Below are positions 55,212 through 64,000 of a DNA stretch of 64,000 nt, piece after piece. How positions within the stretch are numbered: the stretch's first letter is position 1; every line of letters starts with the position of its first letter. The stretch comes from an uncultured bacterium (lineage in GTDB: Bacteria > Bacillota_I > Bacilli_A > RFN20 > CAG-826): the NCBI GenBank assembly GCA_949296775.1, contig CASFQA010000002.1:34305-98304 (forward strand), read 5' to 3'. The notes under the pieces were generated by a model. That model was not told where the DNA came from and made no database searches. It saw only the letters and a list, made by a program, of their open reading frames with translations. Made by a program: the position numbers and the translations under genes.

Positions 55212-56785
55212 TCCTCCCCATAGGCGAAATGGATGACTTGATCGTCATCCTCTTCGATCAGCCGTCTACGGGTCTCACGCAGGGCGAATTTGATCTTCAG
55301 CACGCTGACGAGGCCCATGGCCTGAACGACGATAAGCGGCATCATGGCCACCATCGCCACCAAGCCAAAACCATATAAATAAGGGTCGTCCCCCTGGGCA
55401 TAGGCGAAGCCGATGCAGAAAGGCAAAATGAAGGTCGAGGTCATCGGGCCGGAAGCCACCCCGCCGGAATCAAAGGCCATGGCCGTATAGACATGGGGTA
55501 CGACGAAACTCAAGGCAAAGGCAACGATATAGCCGGGGATAAGGTAATACATTAAATCGAACCGGAAATACGCCCGGATGATCTGCAAAACCACCGCCGA
55601 ACCGATGGAAACGGACAAGACGATAAGCATGGTGCTTTTCTTTATCGTCCCTTCCGAAACCGACTCGATTTGATCGACCAAGACATGAACCGCCGGCTCG
55701 GCTAAAACGCCGAATAAACCGAACAGGGCCCCCAAAACGATGGCAAACGCCAAGAAATCGCGGTTGGCCCCGAAAGTCTGGCCAAGCTTGGAAGCGATGG
55801 GCATAAAGCCGAACTCCACCGCCGAAAGAAAGAAAACCAAGCCGAAATAAAGGAAGACGACGCCGATGAAGATCTTGATCAGCTTTTTCAAGGGCAGGCG
55901 AATGAAAATCAATTCATAGACCAGGAAGAAGGCGACCAGGGGGATCACCGACAAGGCCACATTGCCTAGGCTTTCTAGCAAAGCATGTCCGATATTATGG
56001 CCAAGGTTAGGGTCAAGCTCGGAAATCGGGTCGACGAATTCCTCAATCGAAGGAAGCTCTTTCCCCATCCCTTCCATAATGGCGGCGATGATGACCACGG
56101 CTAAGATCGGGCCCACCGAGCAAAGGGCGGTCAAACCGAATGAGTCGTCGGCCCCGTGTCCGCCGTGGCTAGCGGCAATGCCTAAGCCGAAACCAAGGAG
56201 GAAAGGAACCGTGACCGGGCCGGTCGTAACCCCGCCCGAATCGAAGCAAATGGGCAAAAACCGAGGGTCGATGAGATATAGAAGCAAAAAGACCAACCCA
56301 TAGAAAACCAACAACATTAAATTGAGGTTTTTATGGAAGAAAACCCGCAAAACGCCAATAACCAGAAAGATTCCAACCCCAAGGCCGATAGCCCAGATGA
56401 TGACTTGCTCGCTGATGCCGATTTGCCCGGACAAGACCGTCAAATCCGGCTCGGCGATGGTAACCAAAACCCCTAAAGCAAAAGTCATGAAGATAACGAG
56501 GAAGAAGTTTTTCTTCTTGACCAACGAACCGCCGATGACCAGCGCGATCTCGGTCATCGAAGTCTCGGTGCCGATATTGAACATCGCCATGCCGGCAATG
56601 ATGAAGATAACCGATATGACGAAACCGTATATATCGGTGTCGGTCATCAAATACCGGTCAGCGATAACCCCGGGGGCGACCGCGAACCTCTCGATGAGGA
56701 AAACGACGATGATGACGAAGGCGATCGGCAAAGTCGAAACGGCCGATTCTTTGATTTTTCCTAACCACGGCAAGGCTTTGCTCAT
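55208..56785 (-). CDS. DUF1538-family integral membrane protein (internal duplication, ~12 TM)
   Basis: Two homologous halves of about 250 aa, each with Gly-rich re-entrant-like segments. The family is typically encoded next to P-II-like genes. Confidence 0.45.
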   Translation of the reverse strand: MSKALPWLGKIKESAVSTLPIAFVIIVVFLIERFAVAPGVIADRYLMTDTDIYGFVISVIFIIAGMAMFNIGTETSMTEIALVIGGSLVKKKNFFLVIFMTFALGVLVTIAEPDLTVLSGQIGISEQVIIWAIGLGVGIFLVIGVLRVFFHKNLNLMLLVFYGLVFLLLYLIDPRFLPICFDSGGVTTGPVTVPFLLGFGLGIAASHGGHGADDSFGLTALCSVGPILAVVIIAAIMEGMGKELPSIEEFVDPISELDPNLGHNIGHALLESLGNVALSVIPLVAFFLVYELIFIRLPLKKLIKIFIGVVFLYFGLVFFLSAVEFGFMPIASKLGQTFGANRDFLAFAIVLGALFGLFGVLAEPAVHVLVDQIESVSEGTIKKSTMLIVLSVSIGSAVVLQIIRAYFRFDLMYYLIPGYIVAFALSFVVPHVYTAMAFDSGGVASGPMTSTFILPFCIGFAYAQGDDPYLYGFGLVAMVAMMPLIVVQAMGLVSVLKIKFALRETRRRLIEEDDDQVIHFAYGEE

Positions 56786-57798
56786 CGTCTTTTCCTCCTT
56801 TGCTGTCCTTTCTTTATTTTTGTCATGGCCCGAGTATCGCGAGCCACGGTCTTCGGCTTCGATAGCGGTTTCTTCTTCTCGAAGAAAAGGGATTTAAACG
56901 TCTCTGGCATCGGGGATACGAGGTCGTATTCTTTCTTCGTCAAAGGATTAACGAAAGCCAATTCATAGGCGTGCAGCCCAAGCCGCTTCAACGGATCGAC
57001 CGGTTCGCCGTATTTGTCGTCCCCAATCACATGATGGCCGATATGGCCGAGCTGAACCCGGATTTGGTTTTTCCGCCCCGAGTCGATATTGACGTCGAGA
57101 AGCGAAAGGCCGTTGTTGGATTTTACCAAGCGGTAATTGGTGATCGCCAATTTCCCTTTGCCCGGGGTTTTGCTCACCCGAACCAATTGGAAATTATCCT
57201 GATACAAATAATCCTTTAGGGTTCCTTCGTCCTTTTCCATCGTCCCCTCGACGATGGCGTAATACCCGCGTTTGGAAACGATATCCTGCCAAGCGTTCTG
57301 CAGCGCCTCCCGCGTTTCGATGTTTTTTGCGAAAACCAAAACGCCTGAAGTGTCTTCGTCCAGCCGATGGACGACGAAGACGTGACGGGATTTCCCCCGC
57401 GGATCGAGGTAATCGCTCACCATCCGGTAAGCCGTTTTCCCTTTCTCCCGTTCGGAGGCGACGCTTAATAAACCGGAGGGTTTGTCGATGGCGATGATAT
57501 CCTCGTCCTCAAACAAAACCTTGAGTCCTTTGCTTTCTCGCTTGGCAATCCGATTCTTGCTGACCGTGACGACGTCTTCTTCATAAAGCGGGTAATCAAA
57601 CTGGGAAATGGGCACACCCCCGACCGCCACCTGGTGATGGGAGAGCAATCCTTTGACGGTCTTTTTGGGGAGGTCAGGCATTTTGAAAAACAAAAAGTCC
57701 AACAAGGTGGTGCTTTTATAAACCTTGAATTCTTTGATGGAACGGGGGTCAATAAGCCCCCGCGTCCCCCGGTGGGCCTTTTTGTCGTTTTTGTTCAT
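56782..57798 (-). CDS. RluA-family 23S rRNA pseudouridine synthase (RluD/RluC-like, with S4 domain)
   Basis: S4-like N-terminus, catalytic motif HRLDEDTSGVLVFAK, and C-terminal GRKNQIRVQLGHIGHHVIGDDKYG. Confidence 0.75.
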   Translation of the reverse strand: MNKNDKKAHRGTRGLIDPRSIKEFKVYKSTTLLDFLFFKMPDLPKKTVKGLLSHHQVAVGGVPISQFDYPLYEEDVVTVSKNRIAKRESKGLKVLFEDEDIIAIDKPSGLLSVASEREKGKTAYRMVSDYLDPRGKSRHVFVVHRLDEDTSGVLVFAKNIETREALQNAWQDIVSKRGYYAIVEGTMEKDEGTLKDYLYQDNFQLVRVSKTPGKGKLAITNYRLVKSNNGLSLLDVNIDSGRKNQIRVQLGHIGHHVIGDDKYGEPVDPLKRLGLHAYELAFVNPLTKKEYDLVSPMPETFKSLFFEKKKPLSKPKTVARDTRAMTKIKKGQQRRKRR

Positions 57799-58647
57799 TG
57801 TCCGATGAATTTCTTGATGGCCGCGAGCTGATGGCGAGTGACCCAGTAACCTTCTTCGTAAAGCCGGTCCAACTCCTCGCCGTCTTTGCAGGCGACGCCG
57901 ACCGTAGGGGCTTTCTCGGGATAGATGACAAAGAGCCGGCCTTCTTTTTCCAGCCGTTCCATCCGATCGATCAAAGCGTTATAAACTTGATAACGGTTGA
58001 GGAAGGCTTGGCAGAAAGAAGGGTTTTCTTTGTATATCGATTTCGCCATGGCGACCGAGAAGCGTTTATCCGCCACCTTGCGGAATCCTTTGGCCCGAGT
58101 GGAGATGACCAACACCTTATCCATTCCGTTGTTCAAAGCCGGCTCGAAGGGTATCGAGCAAGCTGGGCCGCCATCTAGATAGGGCCGCCCTTCCACGTAA
58201 ACCGGTCGCGATAAAAGCGGCAACGACGAGGAAGCGGCCATCGCGTCGAAGATATCCGGGGTCTCGCCTTTATAAAACACCTTGGCAAGCCCGGTTTCCA
58301 AAGAAGTGGCAACCGCGCCGAACTTCGTCGGATTGTTTTGAAAAGCCTCGAAGTTAAACGGCGCCTCTTTCTTCGGTATTTCATAGAAAAGATAGTTGAA
58401 GTCGAAGACCGTCCCTTTGAAAATCCGATTTCGGATCGAGACGAATTTCGGATCGCCGATCAAAGTGGAGATGATATAACGGGTTCGGCCGTGGTCACCG
58501 GAAAGGAAATTGGCCAAAGCCAAAGCCCCGGCCGAAGTGCCGACGGCATAGGGGAAGGTGATCCCCTCTTCCATCAAAACATCCAAAGCCCCGGCGGCGA
58601 AGATGCCCCGAGTCCCCCCACCTTGAACCGCGATTCCGACTTTCATT
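57795..58647 (-). CDS. Patatin-like phospholipase
   Basis: Oxyanion GGGTRG and nucleophile elbow GTSAG; the catalytic Asp region is present. Start ATG at 58647 follows RBS GGAGAGG. The ORF track's longer N-terminus lacks an RBS. Confidence 0.7.
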
Positions 58648-58795
58648 TTCCTCTCCGCCATTGTTAATACAATGGTAATGGCAAAACTGACTTGCAACAA
58701 GGCTATTTTGGCAATAATTTCGCTTATCGGACAAAAAGGGCAAAAACGGCTCGGGAAATTGCGGTCCCTCTCATATGGATGCATAATTGCTTTGT

Positions 58796-60313
58796 ATGAG
58801 AAAAAATTATTTCCTTTTGGCGTTCGGGCTTCTTGCCCTCCTATCTTGCGGCCCAAGAAAAACCGCGACTTCGAGCACTAGCCAAGCCGATTCTTCGCTA
58901 AGCAGCAAAACCCCGGTCGACACGATGGTCGCCGATGGGGTTTATGACCTATATTGCCTGAACGATTTCCATGGCTCCATCAACTTCAACGACGAGAGCT
59001 ACACCGAATATGGGTTGGGCTCGATTTTCTCGGAACTCAAAAGGCGGAAAGACGCCGACCCCGAGCACACATTCATTTTCTCGGCCGGCGATATGTTCCA
59101 GGGGTCGCTCGAAAGCAATTCGAATTACGGCCATCTCGTCCTCGACGCCATGAACGTCGCGGGATTCGACGCCATGGCCATCGGCAACCACGAATTCGAT
59201 TATGGGCAAGAACGCCTTTTCGAATTAGAGGAAGCCGCCGATTTCCCTTTTTTGGGAGCCAATATGTACTTGTTCGAAGACGGGGAGACGAAAGAACGGA
59301 TCTTCGATAGCCGAGTTCAGCCCTCCACCATCATCGAACGGGGCGGGAACCGAATTGGCATCATCGGCACCATCGGCAGCGGGCTCACCAACTCCATTAC
59401 CTCTTCCTGCGTGGAAAACGTCGTTTTCGTTGATCCGGAGGACATCATCATCGAGGAAGCGAAAAGACTTAAAAACATCGAAGGATGCTCGATGGTTATC
59501 CTTCTTTGCCATCAGGACTCCCGTTATCTCAAATGGTATGACGGCCTATCCGATTATGTCGACGCCGCCTTCTGCGGGCACACCCATTCGCGGAACCTCG
59601 ATTTGATCGACGGTAAACTGCCGGCGGTCCAAAGCTATTGCAATGGGCAAAGGATCTCCTACATCCAGCTAACGGTCAAAAACGGCTTAGTCAGTTGCAG
59701 CGAATACGAGATCATCGAAGGCGACACTTGGGAAACCGATCCGGCTATTCAAGAAGTCATCGACGAGTACCTAGACGCCGATTTCCAAGCCAAGGCCAAT
59801 GAAGTTCTGGGTACCTTGGACGGGGAGATGTCAAAAGGCGAAGTCGCCAACCTCGGTTGCAAAGCCATTTACGAAAAATACGTAACCCAATACCCGGATT
59901 TAACCTTCGCCATCGAGAATTCCCAGCGTGACGAACTATATCCAGGCGAATTGACCTACTCGGAGTTATACAAAGCCACGCCGTTTATGAACAAGATATG
60001 CATCCTCAACGTCTTGGGCTCGGAAATCAAATACGTATCGAGCTCCAACCACGCCTATTCCGGGGCCATGCTTGAAGTCGACGATTTGCAGCTGAACGAA
60101 TATTACAAAGTCGCCGTCATCGACTATGTCGGTCTCCACCAAAACACCCGAAAACAATACGACAACTTCAATTCCTTAAACGAGGATGGGGAGATTATCG
60201 CTACGTATGAAACCTATCCCGTCGACCTAACCGCCGACTATATCAAAAACGACCTTCATGGGGTCGTTAATGTCCGGGATTATTATTCCTCGGCCCCCGG
60301 CTTCGTCAGCTGA
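58796..60313 (+). CDS. Lipoprotein, bifunctional metallophosphatase/5'-nucleotidase family
   Basis: Lipobox LLALLSCG. Metallophosphoesterase motifs DFHGS, GDMFQGS, GNHEFD, and the C-terminal 5'-nucleotidase domain. Start ATG at 58796 (the ORF caller used TTG at 58787). Confidence 0.75.
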   Translation: MRKNYFLLAFGLLALLSCGPRKTATSSTSQADSSLSSKTPVDTMVADGVYDLYCLNDFHGSINFNDESYTEYGLGSIFSELKRRKDADPEHTFIFSAGDMFQGSLESNSNYGHLVLDAMNVAGFDAMAIGNHEFDYGQERLFELEEAADFPFLGANMYLFEDGETKERIFDSRVQPSTIIERGGNRIGIIGTIGSGLTNSITSSCVENVVFVDPEDIIIEEAKRLKNIEGCSMVILLCHQDSRYLKWYDGLSDYVDAAFCGHTHSRNLDLIDGKLPAVQSYCNGQRISYIQLTVKNGLVSCSEYEIIEGDTWETDPAIQEVIDEYLDADFQAKANEVLGTLDGEMSKGEVANLGCKAIYEKYVTQYPDLTFAIENSQRDELYPGELTYSELYKATPFMNKICILNVLGSEIKYVSSSNHAYSGAMLEVDDLQLNEYYKVAVIDYVGLHQNTRKQYDNFNSLNEDGEIIATYETYPVDLTADYIKNDLHGVVNVRDYYSSAPGFVS

Positions 60314-60401
60314 TGAAAAACAAAGAACCCAAATGGCTTTACGCCTTCCCGATCATAATCGGATTGATTGCCATCGGGGCTTTCTTGGCGTTGTTTCTTC
60401 T

Positions 60402-61259
60402 TTAGTCCTCGTTTTTGAGAAGAGGTCCGTATAAATCGGTCCGCCGATCGCGGAAGACCCCCCAATCGCGCCGCTGCTTGGCGATATCGTCCAAATCGAA
60501 GGAATAAGCGAGAATCCCTTCTTCGGTCGAACCGAATTCCGCGACTTTTTCGCCGAACTGGTTGGCGATGAAGGATTTCCCGAAGAAAGTCATCGTCGAA
60601 TTGACGTCGTCCTCTTTCCCGATCCGATTCGCCGCCAGCAAGGGCATGATGTTCGCGGCCGCATGGCCCCGCATCACGTTTTGCCAATGGGCGGAACTGT
60701 CCTTAGGCAGGACCGGCTCGCTGCCGATCGCGGTCGGGAAAAGCAACGCCTCCGCCCCTTTTAGGGCCAAGATCCTGGCCGTCTCCGGGAACCACTGATC
60801 CCAACAAATGCCGGCCCCGATCCGCCCGATCGAAGTTTGAAAAACCATAAAGCCGGTGTCGCCGGGGGTGAAATAGAACTTCTCCTCATAGCATTGGCCG
60901 GTGGGGATGTGGGATTTGCGATATATGCCTTTAATCGATCCATCGGAATCGATCATGGCCAAAGAATTGAAATAACAGTTCCGTCCTTTTTCGAAAAAGG
61001 AGATCGGCAAGACGAGATGAAGCGATTTGGCTAAAGAAGCGAAATGCTTAAGGGTCGGGCTATCATCCGCGCTTTCGGCGAAATCAAATCGCTCATAGTC
61101 TTCGATTTGACAAAAATAACGGCGTTCGAAGAGTTCAGGAAGCAAAACCAAATCCGCGCCTTCTTTCGCTGCTTTTTCGACAAAGTAAGTCGATTTTGCG
61201 AGGTTTTCCTCATAATCTTGGCTCATCGCCATCTGAACCAAAGCGAAAATCTTGTTCAT
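60402..61259 (-). CDS. aguB: N-carbamoylputrescine amidase (CN-hydrolase family)
   Basis: CN-hydrolase catalytic triad context (E in LLPELF, K, C in ICWDQWFPE). Start ATG at 61259 follows RBS GGAGGT and overlaps the upstream stop (ATGA). Confidence 0.7.
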   Translation of the reverse strand: MNKIFALVQMAMSQDYEENLAKSTYFVEKAAKEGADLVLLPELFERRYFCQIEDYERFDFAESADDSPTLKHFASLAKSLHLVLPISFFEKGRNCYFNSLAMIDSDGSIKGIYRKSHIPTGQCYEEKFYFTPGDTGFMVFQTSIGRIGAGICWDQWFPETARILALKGAEALLFPTAIGSEPVLPKDSSAHWQNVMRGHAAANIMPLLAANRIGKEDDVNSTMTFFGKSFIANQFGEKVAEFGSTEEGILAYSFDLDDIAKQRRDWGVFRDRRTDLYGPLLKNED

Positions 61260-63868
61260 TTTTTTACCTCCGGAATCTGCATGGTAATGCAATGGATATT
61301 GCCTCCGCCCAAAAGAATCTCCCGGGTATTGATTTGATGAATTTTCTTTTTGGGAAAAAGCTTAGCAAAGATGTCGTAAGCGATTTTATCTTCCTTAACC
61401 CCGAAAGCGGGCAGGATGACGAACCGCTTTCCTTGGTAGAAGTTGACGTAGGAAGCCGATAGACGGTCACCGGCCTTTCTAGGCTTGGCCTCGGTCACTT
61501 GATTGCCGGCGACCCCTTTCGCCTCTTCCTCGCTTAGGGTAAGCGGCGGATTAGGCAAAGGCAGCTTGACGATTTGGAAAGGCTTGCCTCGGCAATCTCT
61601 AGCCTTGGATAAAACCTCATAGGCCTGTTGGCAATAAACATATTGCGGATCGTCAGGATCGTCGCACCAAGCCAAAGCCAAAACGCCGGGCTTAAGAAAA
61701 GCCACCATGTTATCGACGTGTTCGTCGGTTTCGTCGAGATAGATCCCGTGGGGTATCCAGATGAGTTTTTCTAGCCCCAGCCCTTCTTTAAGCGTCTCTT
61801 CGATTTCCTCTTTCCGCAAGGTCGGATTCCGTCCGGGCGAAAGTAGGCAAGCCTCGGTTACGATGGCCGTTCCCTTTCCGTCTACCGCGATCGCCCCACC
61901 TTCGAAAACGAATGACGGATGATGGTAGTCGCTTATTTTGTATTTCTTGTCGAAAACCGAAGATAGGCGGTCATCGTCTTGGTAGTTCTTATAAAGTCCA
62001 TCGTAATCCCCGCCCCAAGCGTTGAACCGAAAGTCGACCCCCCGGATCCGACGGCCATCGGAAACGAATAAGCTCATGTTGTCTCGGGCCCAGGAATCGT
62101 TATAACGGATTTTAATCGGCTCGACGTTGCCCAACCAACGATACTCGTCGATGACTTCGTCATAGATTGAGGGGTGGATGCCGACGATTACTTTCTCGTG
62201 CTTGGCAATGGCTAAGATAACCTGCTTGAAGTTTTCCCGGGCCGGTTTTCCCTTATCGCGCCAAGTGTCGGGGCGAAACGGCAGCAAAATTACCGTTGCC
62301 TTGTGCTCATCGCCCTCAAAAGGCATCCGGAACCCATCGCCGGAGGGGTTGGTTTTCTTGGAAAGCCGATAATCCTCGAGCCGTTTGGCGTAAAGCGGGA
62401 AACGTTTCCATTTTTCGGTGTCGACGATCTCGAACCCGTTTGGGTAAGAGCTAAGGACGGTCACCCCGGTCTTTCGGAGAAACTCGACCTTCTTGACCAA
62501 TTCCTTCGTCCAGACCTCCCCCGGTCCGATCAAGGGGATGCCCGGAGGATATATCATGACCATTTCCTTGGAAATCGACCCAGCTAGTTGCTCAAGCTTG
62601 GCGATTTTCCCGTCGGCATGGAAGGCGACCCGAGGCCGCAGAAGCATAAACGGAAAGGAGGAATCGAAATGACGGTCTTCGTAAGTGATGTCTGGATGAT
62701 AATGACGGCTGGATATATCCTCTAAAGCCGCGATCAGCCGGTCGGCATGTTCTTTTTTCGTCCCGATGGCGAAAATGCAAAGGACGGCGTAGGTTTCGGC
62801 TAATTCCAGTTGAATGCCATAATCCTTTTTAATCAATCGGTATAAGGCAAAGCCGTCGATGTCGAGCTTATCGAGCTCGATGACCAACCGCGAATCATCG
62901 TAATCATAAACCCCGTGGGCGAGAAAATAGTCTTTCCCCGCCACTTTAAAGCCTGGAATCTTATCAATTGCTTCGGCGGCGTAACGGGCCAATTGATACG
63001 TCCTTTCCTGAGCCGCTCGGCCGTCGGTGGCCAAGTAACTGCGGGCGGCGTCCAAAGAAGCCATCAGGATCATGGAAGGCGAGGTGGTATTGATGATGTT
63101 GAGCGATTTCTGAACATCGTAACGGGAAAACCGATCCCCTTTCAAAAGCAAAACCGAGGATTGGGTCAAAGACCCCGCCGTCTTATGGATCGAAACCGCC
63201 GACAAATCCGCGCCGGCATCCATCGCGGTCATCGGCGATCCGGGGGCGTGGAAATAGAAATGCGCCCCGTGGGCTTCGTCAACCAGCACGGCCATATTGT
63301 GCTCATGGGCGAATTCGACCAAAGACTTCAAATCAAGAACCGCCCCGAAATAGGTTGGGTTGATGACGAAAACCGCCTTCGCCGACGAATAACGGAGGAT
63401 GGCCTTTTTGTATTCCTCCAAACTCGGCTGGTTGGCGATTTCCATCTCCCGATCGATTTCCGGCATGACGAACTCGGGGATCGCCCCCGAAAGTATCAAC
63501 CCATTGATAATCGACTTGTGGACGTTCCGCGGGAGGATGATCTTATCCCCGGCTTTGACGGAGGCCAAAATCATGGCGATGATTCCCGAAGAGGTTCCGT
63601 TGATTAGGAAAAAGCCTTCATCCGCCCCCATCGCTTCGGCCAAAAGCCGTTCCGACTGGAGGATAACCGATTTCGGATTAGCCAAATTATCGGTCCCGAT
63701 CGGGGCATTGACGTCAAACCGATAAAGTTTCTTGCCGAAAAGCTTGGTCGCTTTGTTGTCGATGTTCCCCATGTGGTGCCCCGGGACGTCAAAAGGCACG
63801 ACATCCTGCGAGGCATATTTCTTCAGCGCATCGAGGAATGGCGTCCTCCGCTGGTCAAGTTTTCCCAT
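61256..63868 (-). CDS. Fusion protein: Orn/Lys/Arg decarboxylase (SpeA-type arginine decarboxylase, PLP) + agmatine deiminase (AguA)
   Basis: N-terminal ~495 aa: the OKR decarboxylase major domain with PLP-lysine in SIHKT and a C-terminal decarboxylase domain; the N-terminus aligns with B. subtilis SpeA. After a ~15 aa linker (junction near nt 62360): RMPFEGDEHKATVILLPFRPDTWRD ... GGGNIHCITMQ (agmatine deiminase catalytic Cys). Single uninterrupted 870-codon ORF. Confidence 0.75.
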   Translation of the reverse strand: MGKLDQRRTPFLDALKKYASQDVVPFDVPGHHMGNIDNKATKLFGKKLYRFDVNAPIGTDNLANPKSVILQSERLLAEAMGADEGFFLINGTSSGIIAMILASVKAGDKIILPRNVHKSIINGLILSGAIPEFVMPEIDREMEIANQPSLEEYKKAILRYSSAKAVFVINPTYFGAVLDLKSLVEFAHEHNMAVLVDEAHGAHFYFHAPGSPMTAMDAGADLSAVSIHKTAGSLTQSSVLLLKGDRFSRYDVQKSLNIINTTSPSMILMASLDAARSYLATDGRAAQERTYQLARYAAEAIDKIPGFKVAGKDYFLAHGVYDYDDSRLVIELDKLDIDGFALYRLIKKDYGIQLELAETYAVLCIFAIGTKKEHADRLIAALEDISSRHYHPDITYEDRHFDSSFPFMLLRPRVAFHADGKIAKLEQLAGSISKEMVMIYPPGIPLIGPGEVWTKELVKKVEFLRKTGVTVLSSYPNGFEIVDTEKWKRFPLYAKRLEDYRLSKKTNPSGDGFRMPFEGDEHKATVILLPFRPDTWRDKGKPARENFKQVILAIAKHEKVIVGIHPSIYDEVIDEYRWLGNVEPIKIRYNDSWARDNMSLFVSDGRRIRGVDFRFNAWGGDYDGLYKNYQDDDRLSSVFDKKYKISDYHHPSFVFEGGAIAVDGKGTAIVTEACLLSPGRNPTLRKEEIEETLKEGLGLEKLIWIPHGIYLDETDEHVDNMVAFLKPGVLALAWCDDPDDPQYVYCQQAYEVLSKARDCRGKPFQIVKLPLPNPPLTLSEEEAKGVAGNQVTEAKPRKAGDRLSASYVNFYQGKRFVILPAFGVKEDKIAYDIFAKLFPKKKIHQINTREILLGGGNIHCITMQIPEVKK

Positions 63869-63908
63869 TTCGGCCGATAGTCTACTCTATTTGGCTCCAA
63901 TTACAATC

Positions 63909-64000
63909 AATCTAAATAACCGAGGTCGACCAACGCTCGCTCAATTCCGTCTTCCTCGATCCGCGGAGCGATATAGTCGGCGGCTTTTTTGGCGGCTTCC
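63909..64000 (-). CDS. 3' end of an unidentified minus-strand gene (truncated by window edge)
   Basis: Open frame ...EAAKKAADYIAPRIEEDGIERALVDLGYLD* ending at TGA 63909-63911. Too short to classify. Confidence 0.25.

Noticed and set aside
1-64000. Scan for CRISPR arrays, rRNA, integrases/transposases or tandem repeats
   Set aside because: No regularly spaced direct repeats, no rRNA-like segments and no recombinase or transposase motifs were seen. The only RNA gene identified is tRNA-Ala.

Overview
This 64 kb window is a gene-dense chromosomal segment of about 55% GC that reads in the standard genetic code. Gene order (prmC-prfA | dnaX-ybaB-recR-tmk-holB-yaaT-rsmI; comFA-comFC-secA-prfB; secG, uvrB, folD, nadE) places it in Bacillota (Firmicutes). 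It carries many lipoproteins with a lipobox Cys, including nuclease, 5'-nucleotidase and solute-binding-protein lipoproteins, which suggests a reduced or wall-less, Mollicutes- or Erysipelotrichia-like lineage, but the taxon cannot be fixed from sequence alone. Most genes overlap by 1-20 nt (ATGA/TGATG junctions), so transcription and translation are tightly coupled throughout.

Housekeeping genes I can support from the sequence:
- Replication and recombination: dnaX, ybaB, recR, tmk, holB, a PSP1-domain yaaT/ricT-like gene, rsmI.
- Translation and secretion: prfA, prmC, prfB with its programmed +1 frameshift, secA (GTG start), secG.
- Repair: uvrB, and a Y-family DNA polymerase with a YolD-like partner sitting next to tRNA-Ala(CGC).
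- Metabolism: nadE, folD.
- Others: a TsaC-RpiB fusion, comFA/comFC, an RluA-family pseudouridine synthase, a patatin, mscL, cvpA, a YfhO-family membrane protein.

Most unusual items, roughly in order of interest:
1. An AT-rich island of about 1.4 kb (about 30% GC against about 55%) carrying one DUF2971-family gene, preceded by about 500 bp of unexplained non-coding DNA. Its composition says horizontally acquired; it is a candidate single-gene defence or abortive-infection locus.
2. A class III RNR module: NrdD with a fused C-terminal glutaredoxin/NrdH-like CPNC domain, then a TrxR-like flavoprotein that has lost the NADPH-specifying HRRD motif, convergent with NrdG. This points to a thiol-dependent, not purely formate-dependent, anaerobic RNR with a dedicated and atypical reductase.
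3. A two-gene arginine-to-putrescine pathway in which arginine decarboxylase (SpeA-type) and agmatine deiminase (AguA) form one 870-aa polypeptide, translationally coupled to N-carbamoylputrescine amidase (AguB).
4. A protein-tyrosine-phosphatase (CX5R) fused to a NUDIX domain.
5. Two P-II-like small proteins operonic with a DUF1538 membrane protein.
6. Tandem DUF308/HdeD-like membrane paralogs with charged tails, a strongly ribosome-bound 50-aa ORF in an AT-rich gap, and a Cys/His-rich hypothetical next to the tRNA.

I found no CRISPR array, integrase, transposase or rRNA.
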